Source of the DNA: an uncultured Novosphingobium sp.
Lineage (GTDB): Bacteria; Pseudomonadota; Alphaproteobacteria; Sphingomonadales; Sphingomonadaceae
DNA: 64,000 nt
Reading direction: 5' to 3'
Assembly: GCA_964603645.1 (NCBI GenBank)
Contig: CAZRVW010000001.1
Coordinates: forward strand, 12,201 to 76,200
In this document: positions 8,585-18,764 of the stretch, in pieces
Layout of the letters: the number at the start of each line of letters is the position of its first letter
Numbering within the stretch: position 1 is the stretch's first letter
Made by a program: the position numbers and the translations under genes
The notes under the pieces: model-generated
What the model was told of the DNA's origin: nothing
The model's input: the letters and a program-made list of their open reading frames with translations, nothing else
Database searches by the model: none

Positions 8585-10111
8585 TCAGGCTGATTCGAAA
8601 AGCTTGCGCAGCTCTGGCTGCGAGACCTTGAGCGAAGGCGTGCGCGGAAAATCCTCCATGCAGCGCATCTCGACCGGCACCTGGTAGGGCATCAGCCGCT
8701 CCTTCAGAAACGCGCGCAGCTCGGCATCGTCCGGCGCTTCAGCGTCAGCCTTGAGCAGGTAGCCCGCGACCGGAACCTCACCCAGCCGCTTGTCGGGCAG
8801 GCCGACCACAGATGCCTCGCGGATCGCCGGATGCGCTTCCATCGCGGTCGCGACATCGGTTGGCTGGATCTTAAAGCCGCCCCGGATGATCGCCCCGTCA
8901 TGACGGCCGCGTATATAGAGGAAATTGTCCTCGTCGAGTTCGGCAAGGTCGGTGGTGCGGGTCCAGTCCTTCGAGCCCGAATTGCCGCCGCGCAGTTCGA
9001 GCAGGCCCTGTTCGCCGGGTGCGAGCACTTCGCCGCTGTCGGGATCGACGATCCGGGCATCGACGCCCTTGTTGACCCGCCCGACCGCGCCGCGCTTGGC
9101 CTTCCAGTGGTCCTTGAAGTCCTGCAGGGTCCAGCCCGCGACGCCACCGGCAAACTCGGTTGCGCCATAAGCCTGCAACACCGGCACGCCGTAGCGCTCG
9201 AAGAAGGCGTCGGCGAGATCGGGATCGAGCGGCGCAGTGCCGGTGCGATAGGCCAGCAGGCTCGAATAGGTATCGTCGGGCAGGTCCGCATCGAGCAGCA
9301 TTCTGAGCGCCGCCGGAGGCGCGCCCGCCACCTTGGGCCGGTGGCGCACCAGCGCGCTGGCGAACCCATCGACCGTGAATTTCTCGATGACGCAGATTTT
9401 CCGCCCACCGAGGAAATTGTTCATCACGTGGGTAATGCCCGAGATATGCGCGAGCGGGTTGGTGATGATCTGCACCCCGCTGCGCAACTTCGGTTTTTGC
9501 GCCGGATCGCGGCCCTTCTCGAAAGCGGCAGCGCCTTGCAGCGCCTTCTCGAAACGGTCGCGCGGCAGGGGGATGCGCTTGGGCGTGCCGGTGGTACCGC
9601 TCGACAGCATCTCGATGGCGACGCCGGGCGCATCGGGATGCTCCCACTTTGCCTGGTCGCCGGGCAGGCTCTCGATCAGGCGCGGCGCTTCGGTCAGTTC
9701 GGCGGGCAGAATGACACCAATCGAACCGATCTCGGCCGCCGCGTCCTTGAGGCCAGTGCGCTCCCACTCGTCTTCCAGCGCCACGATGACGGGCACCTTC
9801 GACTTGAGGACATCTTCTACGAGCTTTTCGTCCGGCGCGGACGCATTGATGCTGGCAACGCAGCGGCCGGTGCGGAACATCGCGATCAGCGCAGGTACCA
9901 TCGGCGCGGAATTGCGCAGCAGCATGCCCACGCGCATGTCCGGATCGATGCCATTGGCTTCCAGGATCGCGACCAGCGCCTCACTCGCCGCGATGATCTC
10001 GCGCCAGGTCCACCAGCGCTCGCCAACTTCGAGCTCCGGCGCATCGGGATCGATGCTCGCATAAAGGTCGATCTGCTCGCTGAGCCACGAACGTTCGGTC
10101 GTCTCGGACAT
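8585..10111 (-). CDS. AMP-forming acyl-CoA ligase
   Basis: Start ATG 10111 (MSETTERS); SSGTTGTPK P-loop, YGATE, TTDL, GRHD, C-terminal PSLKV Lys. Confidence 0.88.
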   Translation of the reverse strand: MSETTERSWLSEQIDLYASIDPDAPELEVGERWWTWREIIAASEALVAILEANGIDPDMRVGMLLRNSAPMVPALIAMFRTGRCVASINASAPDEKLVEDVLKSKVPVIVALEDEWERTGLKDAAAEIGSIGVILPAELTEAPRLIESLPGDQAKWEHPDAPGVAIEMLSSGTTGTPKRIPLPRDRFEKALQGAAAFEKGRDPAQKPKLRSGVQIITNPLAHISGITHVMNNFLGGRKICVIEKFTVDGFASALVRHRPKVAGAPPAALRMLLDADLPDDTYSSLLAYRTGTAPLDPDLADAFFERYGVPVLQAYGATEFAGGVAGWTLQDFKDHWKAKRGAVGRVNKGVDARIVDPDSGEVLAPGEQGLLELRGGNSGSKDWTRTTDLAELDEDNFLYIRGRHDGAIIRGGFKIQPTDVATAMEAHPAIREASVVGLPDKRLGEVPVAGYLLKADAEAPDDAELRAFLKERLMPYQVPVEMRCMEDFPRTPSLKVSQPELRKLFESA

Positions 10112-10180
10112 GCTTTGCGTTTTCTTTCCTGCTGAACCGCGGGCGATTGCCTCGCCCTGCACATAATTGGCGCGATTGCG

Positions 10181-10933
10181 CTAGTCCATGGCCTCGCCGT
10201 CGAATCTGCGACCCTTGAAATCCTGCTCGAACCATTCGTCGACAAGTTCGGAACAGCGGCGGCTGGCGAGGCGCGCAAGTTCGACGTCGCCGTCGATCAC
10301 CGCGCGGGCAAGCCGCGCGCGCATGCGGCGATAGGTTTGCACGCGTTCGGGCCGGTCGATCAGCACGTCCTCGCTGCGCGAGGCCAGTGCGGCGAAATCG
10401 TAAAGGATCGCCATCAGCAGGTTGAGTACCGAGTTGTTCGCCAGCGCGCTGATAAGCTGGAGGAATTCGCGCTCGCTCTTGAGAAAGGCGCGATAGCCGT
10501 GCGCCATCTCGAGCGGTGCGGCCTCGTCCTGCTGAGCAAACTCCTCAAGCCGGGCGAGCAGGACCGGATCGCGATTGTTTATCGCCAGCACCGCCAGCTC
10601 TGCCTTGAGCGGGCCGATACCGTGGGTGATGTCGGTAAAGTCGGCATCGTGCGCGCGCAGGTATTGTGCGGCCATGCGGGAGACATTCATGGTGCTCGGG
10701 CGCGCCGAGAAATAGCCACCGCCCACGCCCCGGCGCACGGCGATGAAATTTTCCTGTGCGACTCGCGATGCTGCCTGACGCAAGGTCGCGCGGCTAACAT
10801 CCAGTCGCGCGATCATCTCGTCCTCGGAGCCGAGAAATGCGCCTTCGTCGTTTTCAAGAGACAGGACTCGCAGCGCCTCGGCGGCGCGGTCCACAACCGA
10901 ACGACCGGAATCGGGCGAGGTCAGAGCGGCCAT
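10181..10933 (-). CDS. GntR/FadR-family transcriptional regulator
   Basis: Winged HTH LGSEDEMIARLDVSRATLRQA...RRGVGGGYF followed by an FCD-like helical domain. Confidence 0.85.
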   Translation of the reverse strand: MAALTSPDSGRSVVDRAAEALRVLSLENDEGAFLGSEDEMIARLDVSRATLRQAASRVAQENFIAVRRGVGGGYFSARPSTMNVSRMAAQYLRAHDADFTDITHGIGPLKAELAVLAINNRDPVLLARLEEFAQQDEAAPLEMAHGYRAFLKSEREFLQLISALANNSVLNLLMAILYDFAALASRSEDVLIDRPERVQTYRRMRARLARAVIDGDVELARLASRRCSELVDEWFEQDFKGRRFDGEAMD

Positions 10934-11005
10934 TGACTGTCCTTTTTTCGCGTACAGTCGTTCGATATGGGGCTGGTCGCGCGAAATCGGCTCATTGGGA
11001 GTCTT

Positions 11006-11023
11006 TATTGAGTGTCCTTTATT
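11006..11023. promoter_or_regulatory. Candidate operator, motif 1 (consensus AATAGAG-N4-CTCTATT)
   Basis: Reverse complement AATAAAGGACACTCAATA matches the 23398 site at 14/18 positions; lies between the divergent gntR and SDR genes. Confidence 0.6.
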
Positions 11024-11042
11024 ATTGCAAATGCCGCGTCAT

Positions 11043-11055
11043 GCTGCAATGCAGC
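11043..11055. promoter_or_regulatory. TGC-N3-GCA palindrome (PhaR-box-like)
   Basis: GCTGC-AAT-GCAGC just upstream of the SDR RBS. Confidence 0.3.
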
Positions 11056-11075
11056 GTCGCAACAGGAGCAACAGC

Positions 11076-11927
11076 ATGAGTCTCGCGGGCAAGACACTGT
11101 TCATCAGCGGCGGTAGCCGCGGCATCGGCCTCGCCGTCGCGCTACGCGCCGCACGCGACGGCGCGAACCTCGTGCTCGCCGCCAAGACCGCCGACCCGCA
11201 CGCGCACCTGCCCGGCACGATCTTCACAGCCGCCGAAGAGGTCGAGGCCGCAGGCGGCAAGGCCTTGCCGCTGGTGCTCGACATCCGCGATGTCGATGCG
11301 GTCGAGGCCGCCATGGCGCAAGCGGCGGAGCACTTCGGCGGGATCGACATTCTCGTCAACAATGCTTCTGCGATAAGCAAGACGCCGACGCTCGAAACCA
11401 AGGCCAAGCGCTACGACCTGATGCACGACATCAATGCGCGCGGCACCTTCTTTGTCTCGAAGGCCGCGGTGCCCTACCTGAAGAAAGCGGCCAATCCACA
11501 CGTCCTCACCATGTCGCCGCCGATCAATCTCGATCCAGCTTGGTTCAAGCCGCATGTCGCCTATACGATGAGCAAATATGCCATGTCGATGACGGTGCTG
11601 GGCATGGCCGAGGAATATCGCGATGTCGGCATCGCCTTCAATTCTCTATGGCCGCGCTACGGCATCGCCACGGCTGCCATCGAGTTTGCCGCCGCCGATG
11701 CCGACCAGCTCAAGCATTGCCGCACGCCGGAGATCATGTCTGATGCCGCATACGAGATCCTGACGCGGCCCTCGCGCGAGTGCACCGGAAACTTCTTCAT
11801 CGACGATACCCTACTGGCCGAAACCGGTGTGACCGACTTTTCCAGGTACCGGGTCGATCCTTTGCTGCCGCTGCGCGTGGGCATGTTTCTGTCCGACGAC
11901 GACCTGCCGCCGCCCGGCAAGCACTAG
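11076..11927 (+). CDS. SDR oxidoreductase, HSDL2/AtuG-like
   Basis: Start ATG 11076 after AGGAG; GGSRGIG, AAKTADPH.LPGTI, NNAS, YTMSK, NSLWP. Confidence 0.88.
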   Translation: MSLAGKTLFISGGSRGIGLAVALRAARDGANLVLAAKTADPHAHLPGTIFTAAEEVEAAGGKALPLVLDIRDVDAVEAAMAQAAEHFGGIDILVNNASAISKTPTLETKAKRYDLMHDINARGTFFVSKAAVPYLKKAANPHVLTMSPPINLDPAWFKPHVAYTMSKYAMSMTVLGMAEEYRDVGIAFNSLWPRYGIATAAIEFAAADADQLKHCRTPEIMSDAAYEILTRPSRECTGNFFIDDTLLAETGVTDFSRYRVDPLLPLRVGMFLSDDDLPPPGKH

Positions 11928-11930
11928 GGC

Positions 11931-13112
11931 TTAGATCACCCCGCCCGCTTCCAGCGCCGCGATCTCCTCCGCGCTATATCCGAGTTCCCCCAGAACCTCG
12001 GCGTTGTGTGCGCCGATCGCGGCGGGCGGATTGCGGATGTCTGCAGGCGCACCGCCCAATTCCACCGGGGCACGGACCAGCGGCGCGTCCTTGCCGATAT
12101 GCGGCACGAATGTCGGCGCGACCATACCCATGCCCTCGACCTGCTCATGGCTGCGCACGTCCTTGGGCGACAAGACCGGCCCCGCCGGAATGTGCGCGGC
12201 GGCCAATTCGTCGAGCGCCTGCGTGGATGTGCGCGAATCGCACCAGTCCTGCATCCGGCCTGAAAGAAATTCACCGTTCTCGGCCCGCGCTTCGTCGCTG
12301 ATAAAACGCGGATCCTGGGCCCATTGCGGCTTGCCCATCAGTTCCGCCCAGCGCTTGAAGATCGGGTTGCCGACGATCTGGGTGACGATCCAGCCATCCT
12401 GCGTGCGGAACGAATCGGTCGGCCCGTTGAGGAACGAACGGTTGCCGATCGCCTTGCGACCGACGCCGGTCATCGCTTCCTCGATCATCGCGGCCGAGGC
12501 GAAGGACAATGCCGTGCCAAGCAGGTTGCAATCGACCTCCTGCCCCTTGCCGGTGCGCGTGCGCTCGAACAGCGCCAACATCACCCCGTAGGCAGCAAAC
12601 AGACCCGTCGAATGATCTACCCAGGTCACCGGCGTGCGATAGGGCACGTCGCCGGGGCCGGTGAGATATTGCGAGCCGCTCATCGCCTGGCCGACGCTGT
12701 CGAAACCGGGGCGGCTCGTCCAGGGGCCGCGCGTGCCGAACGAAGAGATGTTGGCAAGCACAATGTCCGGCTTGATCGCGGTCAGCGAAGCATAGTCGAT
12801 TCCCATGCGCTTCAGCGCATTGGCGGGCACATTGGCCACCACCACATCGGCGCTGGCGACCAGTCTATGCAGCACCTCTGCCGCCCCCTCGGCTCGGGGA
12901 TTGAAGGTCATGCAGCGCTTGTTGCGCGCCAGCTGGAGGAACCCAGCGCCCTCGCCATTGTCGGCAACCGGACCGAGGAACCGGTCCTCGCCGCCGCCCG
13001 GACGTTCCAGCCGGATCACGTCGGCGCCGAAATCGGCAAGCAGGGTCGCACAGTAGGGACCGGAAACATAACGTCCGAAATCCAGCACTCGGATACCGTC
13101 CAACGCCGCCAT
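11931..13112 (-). CDS. Family III CoA-transferase (CaiB/BaiF)
   Basis: Start ATG 13112 (MAALDGIRVLDFGRYVSGP); LADFGADVIR, RNKR, catalytic Asp in WVDHSTG; the longer ORF call is antisense shadow of the divergent gene. Confidence 0.9.
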   Translation of the reverse strand: MAALDGIRVLDFGRYVSGPYCATLLADFGADVIRLERPGGGEDRFLGPVADNGEGAGFLQLARNKRCMTFNPRAEGAAEVLHRLVASADVVVANVPANALKRMGIDYASLTAIKPDIVLANISSFGTRGPWTSRPGFDSVGQAMSGSQYLTGPGDVPYRTPVTWVDHSTGLFAAYGVMLALFERTRTGKGQEVDCNLLGTALSFASAAMIEEAMTGVGRKAIGNRSFLNGPTDSFRTQDGWIVTQIVGNPIFKRWAELMGKPQWAQDPRFISDEARAENGEFLSGRMQDWCDSRTSTQALDELAAAHIPAGPVLSPKDVRSHEQVEGMGMVAPTFVPHIGKDAPLVRAPVELGGAPADIRNPPAAIGAHNAEVLGELGYSAEEIAALEAGGVI

Positions 13113-13165
13113 TCCCGCACCCCTGTCCATTGGTTCACCAAAGGACGGCGGGCCTTGCATATCGG

Positions 13166-13178
13166 TGCGATTCTCGCA
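13166..13178. promoter_or_regulatory. Small palindrome in divergent promoter region
   Basis: TGCGA-TTC-TCGCA, downstream of a TTGCAT -35-like hexamer at 13155. Confidence 0.3.
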
Positions 13179-13241
13179 ATAGCGACCCCAATTCCCGCTG
13201 CTCGCCACGCTGTGCGGGCTGGCTTTCGTACGGAGACTGCC

Positions 13242-14393
13242 TTGGACCAGGAAACCTTTTCCCTGCTGCGCGAAACCGTGCGCCGCTTTGTCGACGAACG
13301 GCTCATCCCCAATGAGGATCGGGTCGAGGAAGAGGACGCCGTTCCGCCCGAGATCATTGAGGAGATGAAGGAACTCGGCCTGTTCGGGCTCACCGTGCCC
13401 GAGGAATACGGCGGGCTTGGCTTGACCTCGTCGGAAGAAATCCAGGTCATCTACGAGATGGGCCGAACAAGCTTCGCCTACCGCTCGGTGATCGGCACCA
13501 CGGTCGGCATCGGCAGCCAGGGCATCGTAATGGACGGCACCGAAGAGCAGAAGCAGGAGTGGCTGCCGAAACTGGCCGAAGGCATGTTCGCCAGTTTCGC
13601 ACTGACCGAGCCGGACGCGGGCTCGGACGCCGGTTCGGTCAAGACCCTCGCGATCCGCGAAGGCGACAATTACCGGGTCAACGGCACCAAGCGTTACATC
13701 ACCAATGCGCCGCGCGCAGGCATGTTCACGCTGATGGCGCGCACCCAGCCCGACGTGAAGGGCAGCGCGGGCGTCACCGCCTTCATCGTTCCGGCCGACA
13801 CGCCGGGAATCAGCTTCGGCAAGCTCGACAAGAAGATGGGCCAGAAGGGCACCATGACCTGCGACGTCATCTTCGACGATGCCATTGTCCCGGCCGCCAA
13901 CATCATCGGCGGCGTTCCCGAGCGCGGCTTCAAGACCGCGATGAAGGTTCTCGATCGCGGGCGTATTCACCTCGCGGCGCTGTCAGCGGGGATGTGCGAC
14001 CGACTGGTGCAGGAAAGCGTGCAATATGCCGTCGACCGCAAGCAGTTCGGTCAGGCCATAGGCGCTTTCCAGCTCGTGCAGGGGATGATCGCCGACAGCC
14101 GCACAGATGCCTATGCCACATGGCTGATGGCGCAGGATGTCGCGCGCCGGTTTGACGCGGGCGAGAACGTGTCCCGCGATGTCGCCTCGACGAAGTATTT
14201 CGCCAGCGAGGCGCTGGGCCGCGTGGCCGACCGCGCGGTGCAGATCCACGGCGGCGCGGGCTACATGGCTGAGTACAAGGTCGAACGGTTCTATCGCGAC
14301 GTGCGGCTGATGCGCATCTACGAAGGCACCAGCCAGATCCAGCAAACCATCATTGCCCGCTCGCTGCTGCGCGATGCGGGCCTGAAGGTCTGA
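13242..14393 (+). CDS. Acyl-CoA dehydrogenase, DcaA (adipyl-CoA dehydrogenase)-like
   Basis: TTG start after GGAG; LTEPDAGSD, NGTKRYITNAP, KMGQKG..TCDVIF, GFKTAMKVLDRGR, IYEGTSQIQ catalytic Glu. Confidence 0.88.
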   Translation: MDQETFSLLRETVRRFVDERLIPNEDRVEEEDAVPPEIIEEMKELGLFGLTVPEEYGGLGLTSSEEIQVIYEMGRTSFAYRSVIGTTVGIGSQGIVMDGTEEQKQEWLPKLAEGMFASFALTEPDAGSDAGSVKTLAIREGDNYRVNGTKRYITNAPRAGMFTLMARTQPDVKGSAGVTAFIVPADTPGISFGKLDKKMGQKGTMTCDVIFDDAIVPAANIIGGVPERGFKTAMKVLDRGRIHLAALSAGMCDRLVQESVQYAVDRKQFGQAIGAFQLVQGMIADSRTDAYATWLMAQDVARRFDAGENVSRDVASTKYFASEALGRVADRAVQIHGGAGYMAEYKVERFYRDVRLMRIYEGTSQIQQTIIARSLLRDAGLKV

Positions 14394-14412
14394 CACAGAC
14401 AGGGATAGATTC

Positions 14413-15888
14413 ATGAGTGACGTAAAGACGCTGGGCGTCGTCGGCGCCGGACCGATGGGACAGGGCATTGCCCAGATCGGCCTGCAATCGGGGCTCGAGG
14501 TCGTGCTCTACGATCTCAACCGTGAAGCTCTGGAGAAGTCGGCGGAAACGATGTTCGGCTTCATCGAGAAGCTGGAAGGCAAGGGCAAGCTCGAAGCCGG
14601 CGCGACCAAAAGCGCGCGGGCGCGGCTGACGCTGGCGACCGGCGTTGCCGATTTCGCCAAGTGCGAGGCGGTGATCGAGGCGATCATCGAGCGGCTCGAG
14701 CCGAAACAGCAATTGTTCGCCGAGCTGGAAGGCGTGCTCGCGCCCGATGCGATCATCGCGTCGAACACCTCGTCGCTGTCGGTCGCCGAGATCGCGGCGG
14801 GCTGCAAGACCAAGGACCGCATCTGCGGCCTGCACTTCTTCAATCCGGTCCCGCTGATGCGACTGGTCGAGGTCGTGGTCGCGCCTGGCACCAGCCAGGC
14901 CGTGGCAGACCGAGCGGTCGCACTCTCGCACAAGATCGGCAAGGACCCGGTGGTGGTGAAGGACGGGCCCGGCTTCCTCGTCAACCTGCAAGGCCGCGCC
15001 TATACGCAGGAAGGCCTGGCGGTCGTGCAGGAAGGGGTCACCGATCCCGCCACGCTCGACAGGATCATGCGCGATGCCATGAATTTCCGGATGGGTCCCT
15101 TCGAACTGATGGACCTCACCGGGATCGACATCAACTATCCTGCCTCGACCTTCATATACGAAGGCTATCAGCACGATCCACGCCTCAAGACGACGACGCT
15201 ACACGCGCTGATGTTCCATTCGGGCGACTATGGCCGCAAGACCGGCGCGGGGTTCTACTCCTATGCCGATGGCGCGGGAGCGGTGACCGAAACACCTGCC
15301 GCATCGGCCAATCCGCCGAGCTTCAGCCCCCGCATCGGCGAGGCTTCGGCCGATCTCGATGCACTGGCGAGCGACGTGGGCTGGACCGAAGGCAGCGACG
15401 TTACCTTGATCGCGCCGATTGGCGAGGATTGCACGACCGCCTGCGCGCGGCTCGGCCTCGACCCTAGGACCACCGTCGCAGTGGACTGCACCGCGCGCAC
15501 CAACATGCACCTCACCGTCATGGCTGCGCCGGGCGGCGGAGACATGGCCGCGCAGGTCGCCGACTGGCTGCGCTCGAAGGGCTTCAAGGTCGAATGCATC
15601 AAGGATTCGGCCGGTTTCGTGCTCCAGCGCGTGCTCGGCATGATCGCCAACCTCGGCTGCGAACTGGCGCAGATCGGCGTCGGCAAGCCCGAGGACATCG
15701 ATCTCGCGATGAAGCTTGCGCAGAACTATCCCAAGGGGCCGATGGAGATCGCCGACTGGCTGGGCGTCGAAAAGCTGCACACGATCATGCTGGCAATGCA
15801 GGCCGTGACCGGATCGGACCGTTATCGCCCGGCACTGTGGCTGCGCCGACGCGCGCTGCTGGGCCTTTCGGTCTACGAGGCCGACTGA
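14413..15888 (+). CDS. 3-hydroxyacyl-CoA dehydrogenase, PaaH/DcaH-like
   Basis: GAGPMGQG Rossmann motif, SNTSSL, GLHFFNP, MGPFELMD, duplicated C-terminal domain (491 aa). Confidence 0.92.
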   Translation: MSDVKTLGVVGAGPMGQGIAQIGLQSGLEVVLYDLNREALEKSAETMFGFIEKLEGKGKLEAGATKSARARLTLATGVADFAKCEAVIEAIIERLEPKQQLFAELEGVLAPDAIIASNTSSLSVAEIAAGCKTKDRICGLHFFNPVPLMRLVEVVVAPGTSQAVADRAVALSHKIGKDPVVVKDGPGFLVNLQGRAYTQEGLAVVQEGVTDPATLDRIMRDAMNFRMGPFELMDLTGIDINYPASTFIYEGYQHDPRLKTTTLHALMFHSGDYGRKTGAGFYSYADGAGAVTETPAASANPPSFSPRIGEASADLDALASDVGWTEGSDVTLIAPIGEDCTTACARLGLDPRTTVAVDCTARTNMHLTVMAAPGGGDMAAQVADWLRSKGFKVECIKDSAGFVLQRVLGMIANLGCELAQIGVGKPEDIDLAMKLAQNYPKGPMEIADWLGVEKLHTIMLAMQAVTGSDRYRPALWLRRRALLGLSVYEAD

Positions 15889-17091
15889 ATGTATCAGCTG
15901 CTAAGCGGCATGACTGTGGTCGAAGGCGCGGCGTTTATCGCCGGGCCGAGCTGCGGGCTCTATCTCGCGCAGATGGGCGCGAACGTGATCCGCTTCGATG
16001 CGATCGGCGGCGGGCCGGATTCGAAGCGCTGGCCGCTCGGGCCCGAGGGTCAGAGCCTCTATTGGGAAGGCCTCAACAAGGGCAAACGATCGATCGCGCT
16101 CAATCTCGGCAAGCCCGAAGGGCGCGAACTGGCGCAGCGGATCGCCACCTCCGACGAAGGCCTGTTCGTCACCAATTTTCCGGTGAACGGTTTCCTGTCC
16201 TACGAGACGCTTTCAGCCCTGCGCGCCGACCTGATTGCGCTGCGCGTGATGGGCTGGGCAGACGGCAGCCCGGCGGTGGACTATACGATCAACGCCTCGG
16301 TCGGCGTGCCCTACATGACCGGCCCTGCCGACGACGACCGGCCGGTCAATCACGTCCTGCCCGCGTGGGACTTGCTGGCGGGCGGCTACGGCGCCTTCGC
16401 ACTGCTCGCCGCCGAGCGCGAACGCGCGAAATCGGGCAAGGGCCGCGAAGTGCGGCTGTCGCTCTCCGACCTGGCTGCCGCGACGATGGGCAATCTCGGC
16501 AATGTCGCCGAAGTGCTTTCGACCGGCGCGGACCGGCCGCGCAGCGGCAACAACCTGTTCGGCGCATTCGGGCGCGATTTCGTCAGCGCCGACGGCGTCC
16601 GAGTGATGCTGGTGGCGATCACACCGAAGCAGTGGAACGGCCTGGTCTCCGCGCTTGGCATCGAGAGCGAAATGGCCGCGCTGGAAACCGATCTGGGCGT
16701 GTCGCTGACCAAGGACGAAGGCGCGCGCTTCACTCACCGCGCCAAGGTCGATCCGGTATTCGAGAAGGCCATCGCGACCTTCCCGCTCGAGAAACTCGGG
16801 CCGATGTTCGACGAGGCGGGCTGTACATGGTCGGTCTACCGCTCGCTTCACGAGTCGCTTGGCGCTGAGCCGCGCCTGTTTGGCGCCAACGAGATATTTT
16901 CCGACGTCACCCACGCAGGCGGCATGACCTATCCGACGCCGGGCGCATTTGCGCGCCTGCCAACCGACGAGCGCGCGCCCGCCGCGCCCAGCCCGACGAT
17001 CGGCGAACACACCGACGAGGTGCTTGCCGAATTGCTCGGAATGTCGAGCGGCGAGATCGGCGCGCTCCATGACCAGGGCCTCGTGGCCTGA
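15889..17091 (+). CDS. mct: Mesaconyl-CoA C1-C4 CoA transferase (2-methylfumaryl-CoA isomerase)
   Basis: Family III CoA-transferase with Mct-type segments [56 protein letters not shown]. Confidence 0.82.
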   Translation: MYQLLSGMTVVEGAAFIAGPSCGLYLAQMGANVIRFDAIGGGPDSKRWPLGPEGQSLYWEGLNKGKRSIALNLGKPEGRELAQRIATSDEGLFVTNFPVNGFLSYETLSALRADLIALRVMGWADGSPAVDYTINASVGVPYMTGPADDDRPVNHVLPAWDLLAGGYGAFALLAAERERAKSGKGREVRLSLSDLAAATMGNLGNVAEVLSTGADRPRSGNNLFGAFGRDFVSADGVRVMLVAITPKQWNGLVSALGIESEMAALETDLGVSLTKDEGARFTHRAKVDPVFEKAIATFPLEKLGPMFDEAGCTWSVYRSLHESLGAEPRLFGANEIFSDVTHAGGMTYPTPGAFARLPTDERAPAAPSPTIGEHTDEVLAELLGMSSGEIGALHDQGLVA

Positions 17092-17117
17092 CCCAGACAA
17101 TCGAAAGCGACTTCAAG

Positions 17118-18761
17118 ATGACCGACTGGACCGCCCTTGCCGCAAGCGCCGCCGAAGCCGCGCGCGCCTATGCCAGCGCCGCGCAGGCCAAAACCGCTTC
17201 GGCTATAGCGCCCGAAGGCAAGATCGACGCTGCACTGGCCGACAAGGAACAGCGCATTGTTCACGGTTTCGCCTGGATCGCCACCACCGCCGAAGCGCTT
17301 GCCGCCACGGCCGAGTGGGCGGCAACCGGCAAGGCTGCTGGGCGTCATGGCGAAATCGAGGAGCTGGTGCTGAAGATCGGCTTTGGCGAATATCTCTCCC
17401 AGCTGATCGGCGGCGTGCCGATGAGCCAGAACGAGATGGTGCGCCCCGGTGAACTCGGGCTTCAGGAGGCCGCCGCCGCATTGGCCGCCGATCCCGCCGC
17501 CGCGCAATTCCTTGCCGAAGGCAACAGTGCCACCAATCGCGCCGCTTTGGCCGAATTGCTGGCGCAGGGACAGGTCCCCGACGAATCGCTCGACGATGAA
17601 ACGCTCGACCTTATCCGCGACCAGTTCCGCTCCTTCGCCGCGGACCGGATCGCGCCCAAGGCTCACGAATGGCACCTGGCCGATGACCTGATCCCCGACG
17701 AGGTGGTCTCCGAAATGGCCGACCTCGGCGTATTCGGCGTCTGCATCAAGGAGGAATACGGCGGCCTCGGCATGGGCAAGCTCGCCATGGTGCTCGTCTC
17801 CGAAGAACTGTCGCGCGGCTGGATCTGCGCCGGATCGCTCGGAACCCGCTCGGAAATCGCCGGCGAGCTGATCGGGGAGAACGGTACCGAAGAGCAGAAG
17901 CGCAAGTGGCTCCCCGCACTGGCGGACGGTTCGGTGCTGCCAACCGCCGTCTTCACCGAGCCCGATACCGGCTCCGACCTCGCTTCGGTCCGCACCCGCG
18001 CGATCCGCGGCGACGACGGCTCTTTCACGATCAATGGCGCGAAGAACTGGATCACCCATGCCGCGCGCACCGACCTTATGACGGTGCTTTGCCGCACCGA
18101 TCCCGACACGCCCGGCCACCGCGGCCTCTCGATGCTGCTCGCCAGCAAGACGCGCGGCAGCGATGCCGCGCCCTTCCCCGACGAGGGGCTCGACGGCAGC
18201 GAGATCGAGGTGCTCGGCTATCGCGGCATGAAGGAATATGCGCTGTCGTTCGACGGCTTCCATGTCGATGCCGAAGGGCTGCTCGGGGGCGAGCAGGGCA
18301 AGGGCTTTGTGCAGCTCATGCAGACGTTCGAAGGCGCGCGCATCCAGACTGCCGCGCGCGCGATTGGCGTGGGCTGGAATGCCTATGACCTGGCGCTGCG
18401 CTATGCGCTCGACCGCAAGCAGTTCGGCGAACCGCTGATCCGGTTCCCGCGCGTGTCGGACAAGCTGGCGATGATGGTCTGCGAACTGGTGATGGCGCGC
18501 GAGCTGACTTATTCGGCGGCGCGCCACAAGGACAGCGGCAAGCGCTGCGACATCGAGGCGGGCATGGCCAAGCTGATCGGTGCGCGCGTGGCCTGGACCA
18601 ATGCCGACAATGCCGTGCAGATCCACGGCGGCAACGGCTATGCGCTCGAATACCAGGTCAGCCGCGTACTGTGCGACGCGCGCATCCTCAACATCTTCGA
18701 GGGCGCGGCGGAAATCCAGGCGCACGTTATCGGGCGCGGGCTGGTTTCGGCGCGGAATTGA
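17118..18761 (+). CDS. mcd: (2S)-methylsuccinyl-CoA dehydrogenase
   Basis: 547 aa ACAD with N-terminal extension ([23 protein letters not shown]); [48 protein letters not shown]. Confidence 0.82.
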   Translation: MTDWTALAASAAEAARAYASAAQAKTASAIAPEGKIDAALADKEQRIVHGFAWIATTAEALAATAEWAATGKAAGRHGEIEELVLKIGFGEYLSQLIGGVPMSQNEMVRPGELGLQEAAAALAADPAAAQFLAEGNSATNRAALAELLAQGQVPDESLDDETLDLIRDQFRSFAADRIAPKAHEWHLADDLIPDEVVSEMADLGVFGVCIKEEYGGLGMGKLAMVLVSEELSRGWICAGSLGTRSEIAGELIGENGTEEQKRKWLPALADGSVLPTAVFTEPDTGSDLASVRTRAIRGDDGSFTINGAKNWITHAARTDLMTVLCRTDPDTPGHRGLSMLLASKTRGSDAAPFPDEGLDGSEIEVLGYRGMKEYALSFDGFHVDAEGLLGGEQGKGFVQLMQTFEGARIQTAARAIGVGWNAYDLALRYALDRKQFGEPLIRFPRVSDKLAMMVCELVMARELTYSAARHKDSGKRCDIEAGMAKLIGARVAWTNADNAVQIHGGNGYALEYQVSRVLCDARILNIFEGAAEIQAHVIGRGLVSARN

Positions 18762-18764
18762 GCT

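Noticed and set aside
11931-14393. Apparent 1.6-kb overlap of the 679-aa and 689-aa ORFs
   Set aside because: Artefact of longest-ORF calling; true starts at 13112 (-) and 13242 (+) leave a normal divergent promoter
15889-18761. Evidence for autotrophy (3-hydroxypropionate bi-cycle) or a complete ethylmalonyl-CoA pathway
   Set aside because: No mcr, pcs, ccr, ecm or mcl in the window, and the context is beta-oxidation
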